Positions 40,182 through 52,398 of a DNA stretch of 64,000 bases are shown here, in pieces. Source of the stretch: Camelus dromedarius (taxonomy: Eukaryota). The position numbers and the translations under genes are program-made. The stretch is taken from NCBI RefSeq assembly GCF_036321535.1, contig NC_087436.1:58468001-58532000 (forward strand), given 5' to 3'. Position 1 is the stretch's first letter, and each line of letters begins with the position of its first letter. Under the pieces are notes generated by a model, which was not told the DNA's origin, ran no database searches, and was given only the letters and a program-made list of their open reading frames with translations.

Positions 40182-41800
40182 CAAATAGCCAAAACAATCT
40201 TGAGAATGAACAGAGCTTGAGGAATCATGCTCCCTAACTTCATACTATACTACAAAACTATAGTAATCAAAACAGTATAGTACTGGCACAAAAGCAGACA
40301 AACATATCAATGGAATAGTACAGAAAGCCCAGAAATAAACCCATGCACTTATGGTCAATTAATCTATGACAAAAGAGGTAAGAATATACAATGGAAAAAA
40401 GTCTCTTCAGTAAGCGATGTTGGGAAAACTGGACAGCTGCTTGTAAAAGAATGAAATTAGAACATTCTCTAACACCATATACAAAAATAAACTAAAAGTG
40501 AATTAAAGACCTAAATGTAAACTGAATACTCTAAAACTCCTAGGAAAACATAAGCAGAATGTTGCAATAACATTTAACATAAACTGCAGCAATATTTTTT
40601 TCAGTCAATCTATTAGAGTAATGGAAATAAAAGCAAAAATAAGCAAATGGGACCTAATTAAACTTTTAAGCTTCGGCACACCAAAGGAAACCAGAAACAA
40701 AATGAAAAGACAACCTGCAGAATGGAAGAAAATATTTGCAAATGAGACCAACAAGGGATTAATTTCCAACATATATGAGCAGCTCATACAGCTTAATATC
40801 AAAAAAAAAAAAAAAAAAAAAACAAGCAGCCCAATCAAAAAACGTGCAGAAGATCTAAACAGACATTTATCCAAAGAAGACATATATATGGCCAACAGGC
40901 ACAAGAAAAGATGCTCAATATGGTTAATTATTAGAGAAATGCAAATCAAAACTACAATGAGGTATCATCTCACACCAGTCAGAATGGCCATCATTAAATA
41001 GTCTACAAATAATAAATGCTGGAGAGGGTGTGGAGAAAAGGAACCCTCTTACACTGCTGGTGGGAATATAAATTTGTGCAGCCACTATGGAGGACAGTAT
41101 GGAGGTTCCTTTAAAAACTAAAAATAGACTTACATTATATCTCAGCAATCCCATTCCCGGGAATATATCCAGAGGAAACTCTAACAGAAAAAGATACATG
41201 CACTCCAATGTTCACAGCAGCACTGTTTACAACAGCCAAGACATGGAAGCAATCTAAATGTTTATCAACAGATAAATGGATAAAGATAGAGAGATAGATA
41301 GATATGTATCTTCAATGAATACAATGAGATATTACTTAGCCATAAAAAGAATGAAATAATGCCATTTGAAGCAACATGGATGGATTCAGAGATCATCATA
41401 TTAAATGAAGTAAGACAGATAGAGAAGGACAAATACCATATGATATCATTTATATCTGGAGTATTAAAAAAAAAGATACAAACAAACTTATTTACAAACC
41501 AGATATAGATTCACAGACAGAAAACAAAATATGGTTACCAAAGGGGAAGCAGGTAGGGGGAGGGATAAATTAGAAGTTTGGGATTAACATATACACCCTA
41601 CTATATGTATAATAGGTAAACAGCAAGGACCTATTTATTGCACAGGGAACTATATTCAATGTATTGTAATAACCTATAACAGAAAAGAATTTGAAAAAGA
41701 ATCTTTATGTATGTAAAATTGAATAGCTCTACTGTACACCTGAAACTAATACAATATTGTAGATCACCTATACTTCAATAAAAATAAATTAATTTTAAAA
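40182..41800 (+). mobile_element. 5'-truncated L1, ~1.6 kb (decayed ORF2 3' part, 3'UTR, A-rich tail)
   Basis: ORF 40621-41001 ([12 protein letters not shown]...[14 protein letters not shown]...[23 protein letters not shown]) is L1 ORF2; aataaa and tail present; short TSD aagaaaca. Confidence 0.95.
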
Positions 41801-43016
41801 AAAGAAACATCTGCCAAAAAGATCTGGTGGTTTCGGTGGCCCCATAGGAGCTGTCAAATCAGGTGTTGGCCACTGTTTTCCAGAGACCTGAGGAAGGCAG
41901 AGCCTACATTTGAGGTTGAGAAAATCAGGGAGCAGAAAAGATTCCTCCAGGAGAAGAGAAAGATTTTGTGACAACCGCTACCCCTTCAAAGGGGTACCCC
42001 TGTACAAAGACACCTGCATACCAATTTATAGATTTAGCTATTTAAATCATCCCAACAACCAGAGTGCGGACGGCAAATTAATGGCTGTCAAAGAAAGGAA
42101 GAATACATAAAACACAAAGAGAAGATTAGCTCCAAATAAAAGAGTTGCCAGAGAAGTCAGATGACAGTCTGATTAAAAAATAAGAGAAATAAAAGAGATT
42201 TATGTCCTTTTAAAGAGAAGAATTTTTAATTTAATCTCCAAAGGAATGTATAAAAAATTGTTTTTTTAATAAAATTCAATTTAGTACCTAAAGTAGGAAA
42301 ATGAATTACTACTGAGGATCAACAAAACACAAAACCAGAAATTATGAAGGAAAAATAAGATATTTGGAAAACAATTTTGATTTTGAAAATCTTGAGGTAG
42401 AAAAGAATCACTAAATTCCTGGATAAAGATTGTTAATAAAAGAAACACATGTACACAAATCTTAGTAAAATGCTTGAAACTCAGAGAATATCTGAAGGAA
42501 TATGCATCTGTACATTTACAGAAGTGACATAGCCTCTATCAGCTGCATGTCAACATAATTATGCTTCCCTATTAATTTGCACAATACTGTCAGAGATGTT
42601 TAAAAAACTTTGTACCTGATAAATTTATAATTTAAATCACTTTTAATTTTGTCATGTTTTATATATTCCTGATCCATCTATTAAGTAGTTAATAATTTTA
42701 AAATCAATTAAATCCACTAGAGCATCTTTCTTAAGAAAGAAAATTCAGGGAATGATTTTGAAAAGAAAATAATTTTCTAATATTAATCATCTTATTCTTT
42801 TCATCTATTTAGCAAATTTCTCTTTTGCAAAAGTTTTGCTATCTTTGTTATTTAAGCATAATTGGTACATACAAATGCCCTTAATGCCCAAAGTTCATTA
42901 TTTCTTAAAAAAAAAAAAAAAGTGCAGTGCTTTTTTCTAAGTAAGTTCTGAAATTCACTCCACTTTGCAATGAATCATGAGTTGACTTTGGACCCATTTA
43001 ATAATGCTGGTTCTTT

Positions 43017-43757
43017 TTTTTTTAACTTTTTTTATTGATTTATAATCATTTTACAATGTTGTGTCAAATTCCAGTGTAGAGCACAATTTTTCAGTTATAC
43101 ATGAACATGTATATATTCATTGTTACATTTTTTTCTCTGTGAGCTACCGTAAGATCTTGTATATATTTCCCTGTGCTATACAGTATAATCTTGTTTATCT
43201 ATTCTACAATTTTGAAATCCCAGTCTATCTCTTCCCACTCCCTGCCCCCTTGGCAACCACAAGTTTATATTCTATGTCTATGAGTCTATTTCTGTTTTGT
43301 ATTTATGCTTTGTTTGGTTTTTTTTTTAATTCCACACATGAGCAATCTCATATGGTATTCTTCTTTCTCTTTCTGGCTTACTTCGCTTAGAATGACATTT
43401 TCCAGGAGCATCCATGTTGCTGCAAATGGCATCATGTTGTCAGTTTTTATGGCTGAGTAGTATTCCATTGTATAAATATACCACCTCTTCTTTATCCAGT
43501 CATCTGTTGATGGTAATTTAGGCTGTTTCCATGTCTTGGCTGTTGTAAATAATGCTGCTATGAACATCGGGGTACAGATGTCTTTTTGAAGTAGGATTCC
43601 TTCTGGATATATGCCCAGGAGTGGGAGTCCTAGATCATATGGTAAGTCTATTCCTAGTCTTTTGAGGAATCTCCATACTGTTTTCCACAGTGGCTGCACC
43701 AAACTGCATTCCCACCAGCAGTGAAGGAGGGTTCCCTTTTCTCCACAGCCTCTCCAG
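43017..43757 (-). mobile_element. Young 5'-truncated L1 with perfect 16-bp TSD
   Basis: ataatgctggttcttt at 43001-43016 and 43758-43773. ORF 43286-43702 is an uninterrupted ORF2 C-terminus ([11 protein letters not shown]...CTPMFIAALFT). Confidence 0.95.
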
Positions 43758-44435
43758 ATAATGCTGGTTCTTTACCTTCAAATAATATTATACTCCTTAT
43801 ACAACTCTAGAGGACTACTTAGAGCAAAAATGACTAAAGCACTCATGCAAGTGTGGATTCTTTGCTCACCTCTTTATTCTTACACTGTAATCAGTTATTA
43901 CATCTCTCTCCTCCCACACACTCCTCCTTAATGCCTCCCTTCATTTTCTATATCTCACTTTATTTTCAACCATAGATATATATTTTCTTTTAGTCCATTT
44001 TTTTACTTTCAGTGAGCTCATGAAATCCTGAACACTTTCTTAAGTATGTACTAAATGTTCAGTTTTACAGTTGTATTTATTACTTATATAGCATAAGATT
44101 TAAGAAGTGACTTTTAAAAGCATCGAGAATTTTTGATTTCCCGAAATAAAAAAAACAAGCATATGCCATAATTCTTTTTCATAAAAAAAATTTAAATGTG
44201 TGAAAATTTAGATGCCACCATAAAGGTGACAGGTACTTAATTTTTGCTAGCAGTAAAACAGAAGCAAATAGGGAGGTTTAAATGTGCATCAGAACAGAAG
44301 TTGAAAACAAGGATTGTGTCAGGAAGTAATCTGTGATGACGTGTAACATAAGGAAAGATTAAGAATATTTATAACTGTCTGATTCTTGAAACACACTTTT
44401 AGCATTTCTATTCTGAGAAAATTCTCAGCCAGATT

Positions 44436-44508
44436 TTAAGATGTCTTTTATTAAAGATCTTAATTCAGAAAATTTCCTTCAGTAATGCTTTAAAATATCA
44501 TCAGATCC
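44436..44508 (+). repeat. 73-bp dispersed direct repeat, copy 1
   Basis: 72 of 73 bases identical to 45601-45673. Confidence 0.95.
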
Positions 44509-44605
44509 AAATTGTGAAGGTATAATTTTTTTTAAAAATTAGAGGCTATTATATTAACCTTTATAATCTCCTTATATACATTTCATATTTAAAATAGTAG
44601 TGCTT

Positions 44606-44803
44606 ATCTATTTTATATAAGCAACAAGTATGCATTGTACAGCACAGGGAAATATAGCCATAATTTTGCAATAGCTTTAAATGGAATATAATCTATAAAA
44701 ATATTGAATCACTATGTTGTACACCTGAAACTAATATTGTAAATCAACCATATTTCAATTAAATAAACAAATAAATAGACACACAAACAAATAACTGAAT
44801 AAA
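44606..44803 (+). mobile_element. Short L1 3' end with 16-bp TSD (1 mismatch)
   Basis: gtacagcacagggaaatatagcc...gtacacctgaaactaatattgtaaatcaac. TSD taaaatagtagtgctt at 44590-44605 and taaaatagtaatgctt at 44804-44819. Confidence 0.9.
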
Positions 44804-45465
44804 TAAAATAGTAATGCTTTCAGGTGTTTAAGGCTGGTGTTGAACAACATAGAGCTTTTTATTTCATAGGTCTTCTTTTAGATTTCTCCAACATGGTTAA
44901 ACTAAATAGGAGACACACAGATGGTAAAACCTTATGTTATTCTACTCTGAAAAGATTAGCTTCATTAAAATTAAAATTAGCTACCACCTGCTAAATATGT
45001 TTTGGCACCTACTAAGTAGGATTTCCAAGGAAAAATCACAAAGAAGAAATAAAAAATATTTAAGCCTTCAAAGAAAACATGGAATTATCTAGAAGCATTA
45101 AGGTGGACAAAAAGTCTCAAAGAAATTACTTTTTTTCCTAGAAAAAACATTATTTATTCAGTTTTCCCCCCCTAAACTATTTATTTAATATATAAAAGAA
45201 GACTAAAATTAAGCTGTGAACTAAGGTCTGAACAAGGATCTGTGACTTCCTTGTATGACTTTAATGTAGAAGACCAAAAGGAAAAACGTAGTATTAACTA
45301 TGTGCTTTCTTTTGCTCCAGTTTTAGGGAACTAGAGATAAATGTGTTGGATCCTGAAAATAAAACAACATAATTTCTGAAAGTGGTTGAACTAAATAAAA
45401 ATGTTTTTAATTCACTGAAAAAATTATAGCTGATGGATTTTTTGGCAAACAGGACACTTTCAGGT

Positions 45466-45603
45466 TGGGATGACCATATGTCCATCTTGGCTAGCCAGGG
45501 AAAAATCTCAGTTCATATTTACTCTCCTAACAAAATTATTAATAGCACTCCTTTTCATTCTCAAAATATCCCAATTTAGAAAACAAATCATACTATCATA
45601 TTA
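45466..45603. mobile_element. MER81-like hAT MITE
   Basis: gggatgaccatatgtcc...aattattaatagcactccttttcattctcaaaatatcccaattt. Confidence 0.7.
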
Positions 45604-45673
45604 AGATGTCTTTTATTAAAGATCTTAATTCAGAAAATTTCCTTAAGTAATGCTTTAAAATATCATCAGATCC
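45601..45673 (+). repeat. 73-bp dispersed direct repeat, copy 2
   Basis: 72 of 73 bases identical to 44436-44508. Confidence 0.95.
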
Positions 45674-46786
45674 TTCATTTTAGTCTCACACTCTATAAGA
45701 ACTCTAAAAACTAACTGCAATTATTTTAATTAACATAAATGAACATGGTTGGAAATGTGAAAGACCAAAAAAAGGGCTCTCTGGAAAGAGTACCGGAAAT
45801 GACCTAAATTCTAACTTTTCCTCTTTCAATCTAGTGTTCAAATTTCCTTTACAGTTTTAGTGATGATTGTCTGACTTTTACTTGAAATCTGATGTATGAA
45901 GCCCATTCAACTTAAGGCAAAGGCTGCTAAATCTTCACTCAGACTTTTATTACTCTTCATTTATACAAGATCTAAGAAGTTGGACTGTCTGTTTTTTCAG
46001 ATCCCAGTAGGCTGAAAATCTTCAAAGGAAAGATATAACTAGAAGGAGGGTCACAATACACCAGAAGCAGTGACTGCAGACGTCCAGAAAGAAGGAATAC
46101 AAGGTAAAGGAACATGAGCATAAATTCAACAAGTGGGAGTCCTTTTGAATTATTATGAATATCAGTTGTTGAAGGAGAATAAAAAAATGTGCAATGCACT
46201 CTGTAAAGAGTTATTTTCAAAATACTTAATATGAATTTAAAGAATGTGGTGCTTATGTGATAGCCTGTTATCTAAAAAATTTATATATTCAGTGCATAGT
46301 AATGTCTGTTGAAGGAGATGTATAGTTCTTTCTCAAACAGTCTTGAGGAAATAAAATTTCATTTCATACACATTTCTTTTAAATCTCTCTTCAGTTAATT
46401 TAGCCATGATGATTACTCACAGTTGTATCGAAAATTCAGTATAAATGTGTCATGGAGCTTAGTACTACCCAAAATTCTTTCAGACCTTACCAGAAGAGCA
46501 TAAGAATGTATTCTGATGTTCCTTCCACCCCACAACTTACCCACAAATCAGGAAGTGCTCAAGTCAAATAATAACCATTCCATGTAATGAGTCTGCATTT
46601 TAACTTAGAATTAATTCTACATGAGTTAGTATATTTTAAATGTCTTATTTTATATTATGTTGTTTTTTATGAATATTAAGCAATCAATAACCACTTTCTT
46701 GATAAGTGAAACTGGTGGACTCCCTCATTCAGATCCCATGGTGTCTATGTACCCTGATCTCATTCATTCTTGCCTACATTATAGTC

Positions 46787-46800
46787 AGGTCAGTAGGTCA
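46787..46800 (+). promoter_or_regulatory. Perfect DR2 nuclear-receptor motif AGGTCA-GT-AGGTCA
   Basis: Exact motif match; function unproven. Confidence 0.35.
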
Positions 46801-47689
46801 GTTAATTTTTTATAATTAGCCAACATTCACTCTTATGCCTTAAGGGGACAATCGTATCAATCCTTCTTATTGTCTTAATAGCTATGTAAAATTATTACCC
46901 TCTTGCTTGCAATCCCCTCAGTCACCTAAAATTCTTTCACCATCTGTTTATACAGCAGAGGTCCCCTACCTTGTTTCTCGCATGGATAATTGGGAAAATA
47001 TGTTGCTACTAAGCATGTTAAATATTCTCCCATAGCAACTAACTGCACATCCTGAGAAAGATTTTCTTCCCAATGACCAATAATCAGATATTCAGAGTTA
47101 GAATAAACCCAATGGACACCAGGAGCTTGAAATGTGTTCCAAATATTTTTGTGATTTAAGAATCTGAAGTAAGAAGAAGTTTCTTTGATCTAGATACTCT
47201 TCCATGGGGAGAATTCTGGTTTTCCTTGACTAGAAATACATTCTAAAATGAAATAGGTTCCACATGAATGCTCTCATTGCTCTACTACCACAAAAGTGAT
47301 TTTTAAATACTCTGCACACTTTCTGTCTATGTGAAAGTAGTTTGATGTTTGTTACTTATTTCTTCTACTCTGGCATTTTGTTTGTGTTCATCCCAAGTCA
47401 AGTATATAAAATTTATCACAAAATTACTGTTGTATTTTATCTACTCAAGCACTACCACTGCAGAAAATGTAATACTGTATTATTATTTTAAATGATAACT
47501 TTATTATGTTTTAAATATGTATTAAATGCCTATTATGTGCATAGTCTTTTTCTAGTAAAATTAGAAATATTGATATGACCTACAAATATAAAACACATAA
47601 AAATCAAACATTAGTGTTGAAGCCACATTTTGTAATTCATGTGTAACAAAGTCATTTCAGTCCCGTGTTAACAAGTGCGGCAATTATAC

Positions 47690-47800
47690 CAGCAGATTCA
47701 GACTTTACTCTGGCACTTGTTATCTCTGTGTCTTGGTAACCTTGGCAAAACCTTCTTTCAGAGCTTTGTGAAGACTAAATGGGATAACACAGTGACTAAC
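47690..47800 (+). mobile_element. MIR fragment
   Basis: ctctggcacttgttatctctgtg...accttggcaa...gctttgtgaagactaaatgggataac. Confidence 0.55.
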
Positions 47801-50800
47801 TCATAGGACCTGCTCAAGTTTTTTGTTAGTAACATCACCAAAATTCAACATCGTTTTTGTCATGTAAATGTAAAATATGTAATACATGTAAATTATTCTA
47901 GGTATACATCCTTTGAGTTTATTCTTATTTTAACAGTCTGGTTATCTGATTATCTTATGAGTAAAATTCCCTCTGATATACATATAACAAGTGCCTAACA
48001 ACTAAAGTTTTTTCCTAGGAAGAATCTGTCAAACAATCCAGGGTTAAAGAAAGAAAAAAGATGTTTAAAATAAAATCTCAAAAACTCTTTCCCCAAATCA
48101 AGCAACAAAACAGAAGTTCCACAGACATAAATACATGTTCACATGAACAAAATATAGTTTGATATTGAAGGAAAGTTTGGACCCACTTGCTAATTATACA
48201 CCACTGAGGAGGGTTAAATACTTGAGACTGCTTTATAACCAAGGAACCCTCTAACTTCAGTGATTGCAAACAATTTAATAGTCAAGGAAGAGAATTGCTC
48301 CTGACAGTTCATAACAGTCTTTCCAGAATACACTTAGTGGAAACCAACAAGTTTAATAAAGTCCCCTTTATACCCAAAGCCTTTGTAAGATTTGACTTAG
48401 GAAAGGGTCTTCCTCATAAAATCCACCTGGTCCTAATGAATATACACCAGCCTTTTAAGATAGGAAGAACTAAAAATACATTTATTTTAAAGAAGCAAGT
48501 TTATGCATAACTAGAGGTTCAGATCCTGGGAATAGACTGACCTCAAGGAAAGTCTATCCATATAGAAAATCTCATTATTAGCCTTGATATTCTTTTCAAA
48601 ATTAGGGAAAATATCCAAAGCCTAATTTGAAAAAAGTATTACTGAATTAACCTAAAATTATGTTGATCTAGTTATCAATGCACATCACCAAACAGCGCTC
48701 TATAAAATGACACCAAAAAGGGTTAGAAATGGTTTTGTCTTTAACATCTTCTGATGAAATCACAGAATAATTAATAGTCATCTAATCTTATACAAAAGAT
48801 TACAGAATGTTGGAAATGAATTGCTTTATTGTCTTGACATCATGTGCACATATATGTATATACACATACACAGACTCAAGAAAAGAGACCAGATTCCTGA
48901 TTTCTAATCAAAGATTTAAAGGATTAAAATAATTATGTGGGTAAATACTAAACATGGAAACATTGCTAAGACTGTATTCTCTAAAAATATCTAAATATCA
49001 GAGAAAATACAAAGGGGAAGGAAATGGGATTAAAGATGGGAATTAAATAAGGTAATCAAAATTTATTTAACAGATTCCACCTTTCTATATAAGACATTGT
49101 TTTGATCAAGAAAAATGTGTAAAACATGACAATGAAAAAAATGATAATTCAATATAATAAGAAATGTCATCAGTCATTGTACCATTGTCAAATGGCAAGA
49201 AAAGAGAATTAAGTAAAACACTTTCTGCTTTTGACAAAGACACCAGTTTTTAGTTTGTTGCTGTAAGCCAATTTTTCTGTGATAAAGAACTGAGCTAAGC
49301 TGATAGCAATGAGAAAAAGGATACAAGAAAGCTCATGTTAGACTTGGGGAAAGTGTAGTTATAGCAGAACATAAAAGCGTCAATATACAGCAGAAAAAGC
49401 AGCACCAGTGCTCTTAGAACCTATGGATATGGAGCATAATTTAACTGAGATGTTACTAATGCAAGATGAATATATACGCCTGTAGTTGATCTTTCATTCA
49501 CAAAAGTCTCCTTCAGGAACTTTACAAATAAATGTTTCAGTCAGCCATTGATTATTTTCAGAAATACTGATTAAGCAAATATTTATTGAGCTATTATGTC
49601 AGGGGAAACAATCCAGGTACCTGAAATGCAATCATATACAAGACCTAGAATCTGCCTTATTATAAGTTGTTTACTGTCCAGTAGAGAAGAAAGATAAGTA
49701 AACAGGAAGATAAAATAAACAAGGACAAAACTAGCTGATTAGTTCCTATTCCAGATATTATTCAATTTCCATTCTATTTTTGTTCTTACTTTTAGACAGG
49801 ATGTTAGATTTTGTGTTTCAATTGCATGGATTTATTATTCATCATGCACACTTATAGTTAATGATGCAAACCAGAAATCATTTATCAGTATTTTGAATAT
49901 GTACTTTCTATAATTTATAAGATTAATATTAGTAATTTGAGGATAATCAAAATGGCACAAGGTCCTAAAATACTCCTTTTAGGGAGTCTTGAGTGACTAC
50001 CTACTATAAGAATCCCGAAATCTCTGGTCAAGATGAAACTGTTTCAGTAGAGGATTTCACACTGAAATTTGTTTTTTACAACATTTGTTTTTTCCTATGT
50101 TATTGTCATTATTCCACACTACTTTTTCAATATGATATAATTGTCTTTAATAGAGGTGAGCACAATAAACCAGTGAAATAACTATCTAGGGTCTAAATCA
50201 TCTTGGGAAACTACTGACTTCAGTATGCTGTCCACCTCAATAAAACATGTGTCCATTTGTTACTCAGGTTAATAAAGCCTTAAGATAAATACTAGTGTAA
50301 CTAATTGGAGCAGAATGCTACGTAATGGCTTATAAAATAAACAGAACTTACAAACACGTAAGAAAGTTGGCATTCCATTCTCACAAACCACCAATGAAGA
50401 TACCTATAATTTGTACTTCTAACTATTCCTCTGTGTGAATTCCTAATTAGTTCTGATTACCTGCCATTCTCTCCAACCCATACCATACAAATGCATCTAA
50501 CTTTGAATATGATGAAGACTACAAATAGGTAGAATAAATTTCCATACATTTGCTATCTCATCAATTTAAACTGGAAAGAGAACACAGAGTCAAAGAACTT
50601 TAATGACGCAAAGACATGATCTGTTATTATAAAACATGAGCATGAGAATTCGTAGCTCCAAGATGAAATTCTTCCTCAGCAATATCACAAATGAAGTATT
50701 TTTAAAAATAGTGACCCTGGTAACTACTTTTAAGGAAATATTCTTTCAGCTGTATTTTTTCAAACACTTCCTCAGACAAAGTAGCTTCTAAAAACACTAA

Positions 50801-51159
50801 GACATCTTCAATTCTGAAATTTTAATATATTTAATAGGACATTCATCTTTTACCTCAAGAGAAATAATTTACTTTCAATGATGTACAAATTATATGCATT
50901 ATTTCATCAGCATTTAATTTTTAAAAGTTCCATTTTTCCCTTACGATGGTTTTGTTTGTTGTTGTTACTGTTATACACGGATACATTCAACTACGCCAAT
51001 GAAAATAAACCAACAATTTTGAGAAAGACTTTTACAAAATTAAAACTCTGACCACCTAGTGAATATCTGAATATGCTTTTGATGGACCTAATAACATGCT
51101 TTTAATATATTTTTAAGTGTTGACTAATATACAGAGCAAAAATATTTTTAAAAATAACT

Positions 51160-51295
51160 GATGTTAGCTAAACTGTGTGGTAATCATTTTGTAATATATA
51201 CTCAATATATCAAATTTTTATGTTATATAACTTAAACTAATACAATGTTGCATGTCAACTATATCTCAATAAAACTCGATTAAAAACTAGAATGA
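51160..51295 (+). mobile_element. L1 (L1MA/MB-type) extreme 3' end
   Basis: gtggtaatcattttgtaatatata...tgtcaactatatctcaataaaact. Confidence 0.8.
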
Positions 51296-51727
51296 AAAAT
51301 TTAAAAAGAAGCTGTTCACCACTCCAAACTAAGACTCTGAAGAAAGTCATGGTACAGGGTGATCCAACACTGATGTTTTTGTTCCTGATGAATTAAGAAA
51401 ATAAATAAGAAAGGTCAGGCAGCCAGCTCTTCTGGTTTGCAACTTTCAGTTCCTTTGTGGTGTGTATGCTGAGCTGAGGACTGGCAGACCTGACTTGTAA
51501 TTCTGTGTGACTGAGGCACTGTGGCTGAGGAGAGACCAATCTAGACCAAGAGCCAAAGTGAGGCTCTGGCATAGATGCACAGTGGTCTTCAGCACCAAAG
51601 AGAGGCAACAGGAAACTGAGCCATCTGACATCAATCTCTCTGTTCAGACTGAGCTGAGAAAGAGGAGGCAGCAAGTTCACCAACCAGGGATATTTGCTAT
51701 GTTTGCCAGCAAAGTTCCATTTGGTAG

Positions 51728-52398
51728 TGACAATGTTGAATTTTACCTTAGTACTGTGCTCCCAAAACACAACAATTCAAGAATTCCCCAACCTTTTTCG
51801 TGTTCCGAGAAATGGCTGACTACCAATAACCACTCTTCCCTATGTGACCTAGATACTAAGACTTATGGGTAACCCCTATTTTACCCATGACAAGGGCAGA
51901 CAAAGACTCTCCAAATTTTCATTCTTTGAATCCTAAATGATTAGTTGCACTGTTCATCCCCACCAAGCAATCTGGACAGAATACCCACTAATTTTACCAA
52001 ACTTCAGTCAGGTTTCTTTCTTTCCCCAGGCCCCTGAATGCTCACCCACTTTTGAACATTGCAATGCTGAAGAAAAACTTCTTCACAGCCTCTCCTGAGA
52101 ACTAGCTGACCTCAGGGGGAAATATTTGCTAATTAACTGTCCTATCACACCACCACTCATCCCACTTTCCCACACCCAGTTAGTTCTAGACTGTGTGTGC
52201 CTCCCTGCAAAAGAAAAGCCCATTCTGCCAACTGATGCACCTGCAGATCCACAAGTAGATTTTACACACTGCAACGGTCACCCTACCCCTACTGCAAGAG
52301 TGATCTTGCTCCAACAAACAGTCTCCTCCCCCGGTACAATAATCCTTTTGATTAAGTCTCTCCTTACCGAAGTCCAGATTTGTTTATATTTGTAAACA
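51728..52398 (+). mobile_element. ERV1 solo LTR (MER31/MER67-like)
   Basis: Starts tgacaatgttgaattttacct and ends aagtctctccttaccgaagtccagatttgtttatatttgtaaaca; no clear TSD. Confidence 0.75.

Noticed and set aside
44333..44392. C/D-box snoRNA (GTGATGA...CTGA); similar motif pair at 30988-31041
   Set aside because: Short, with no convincing terminal stem or recognisable guide sequence.
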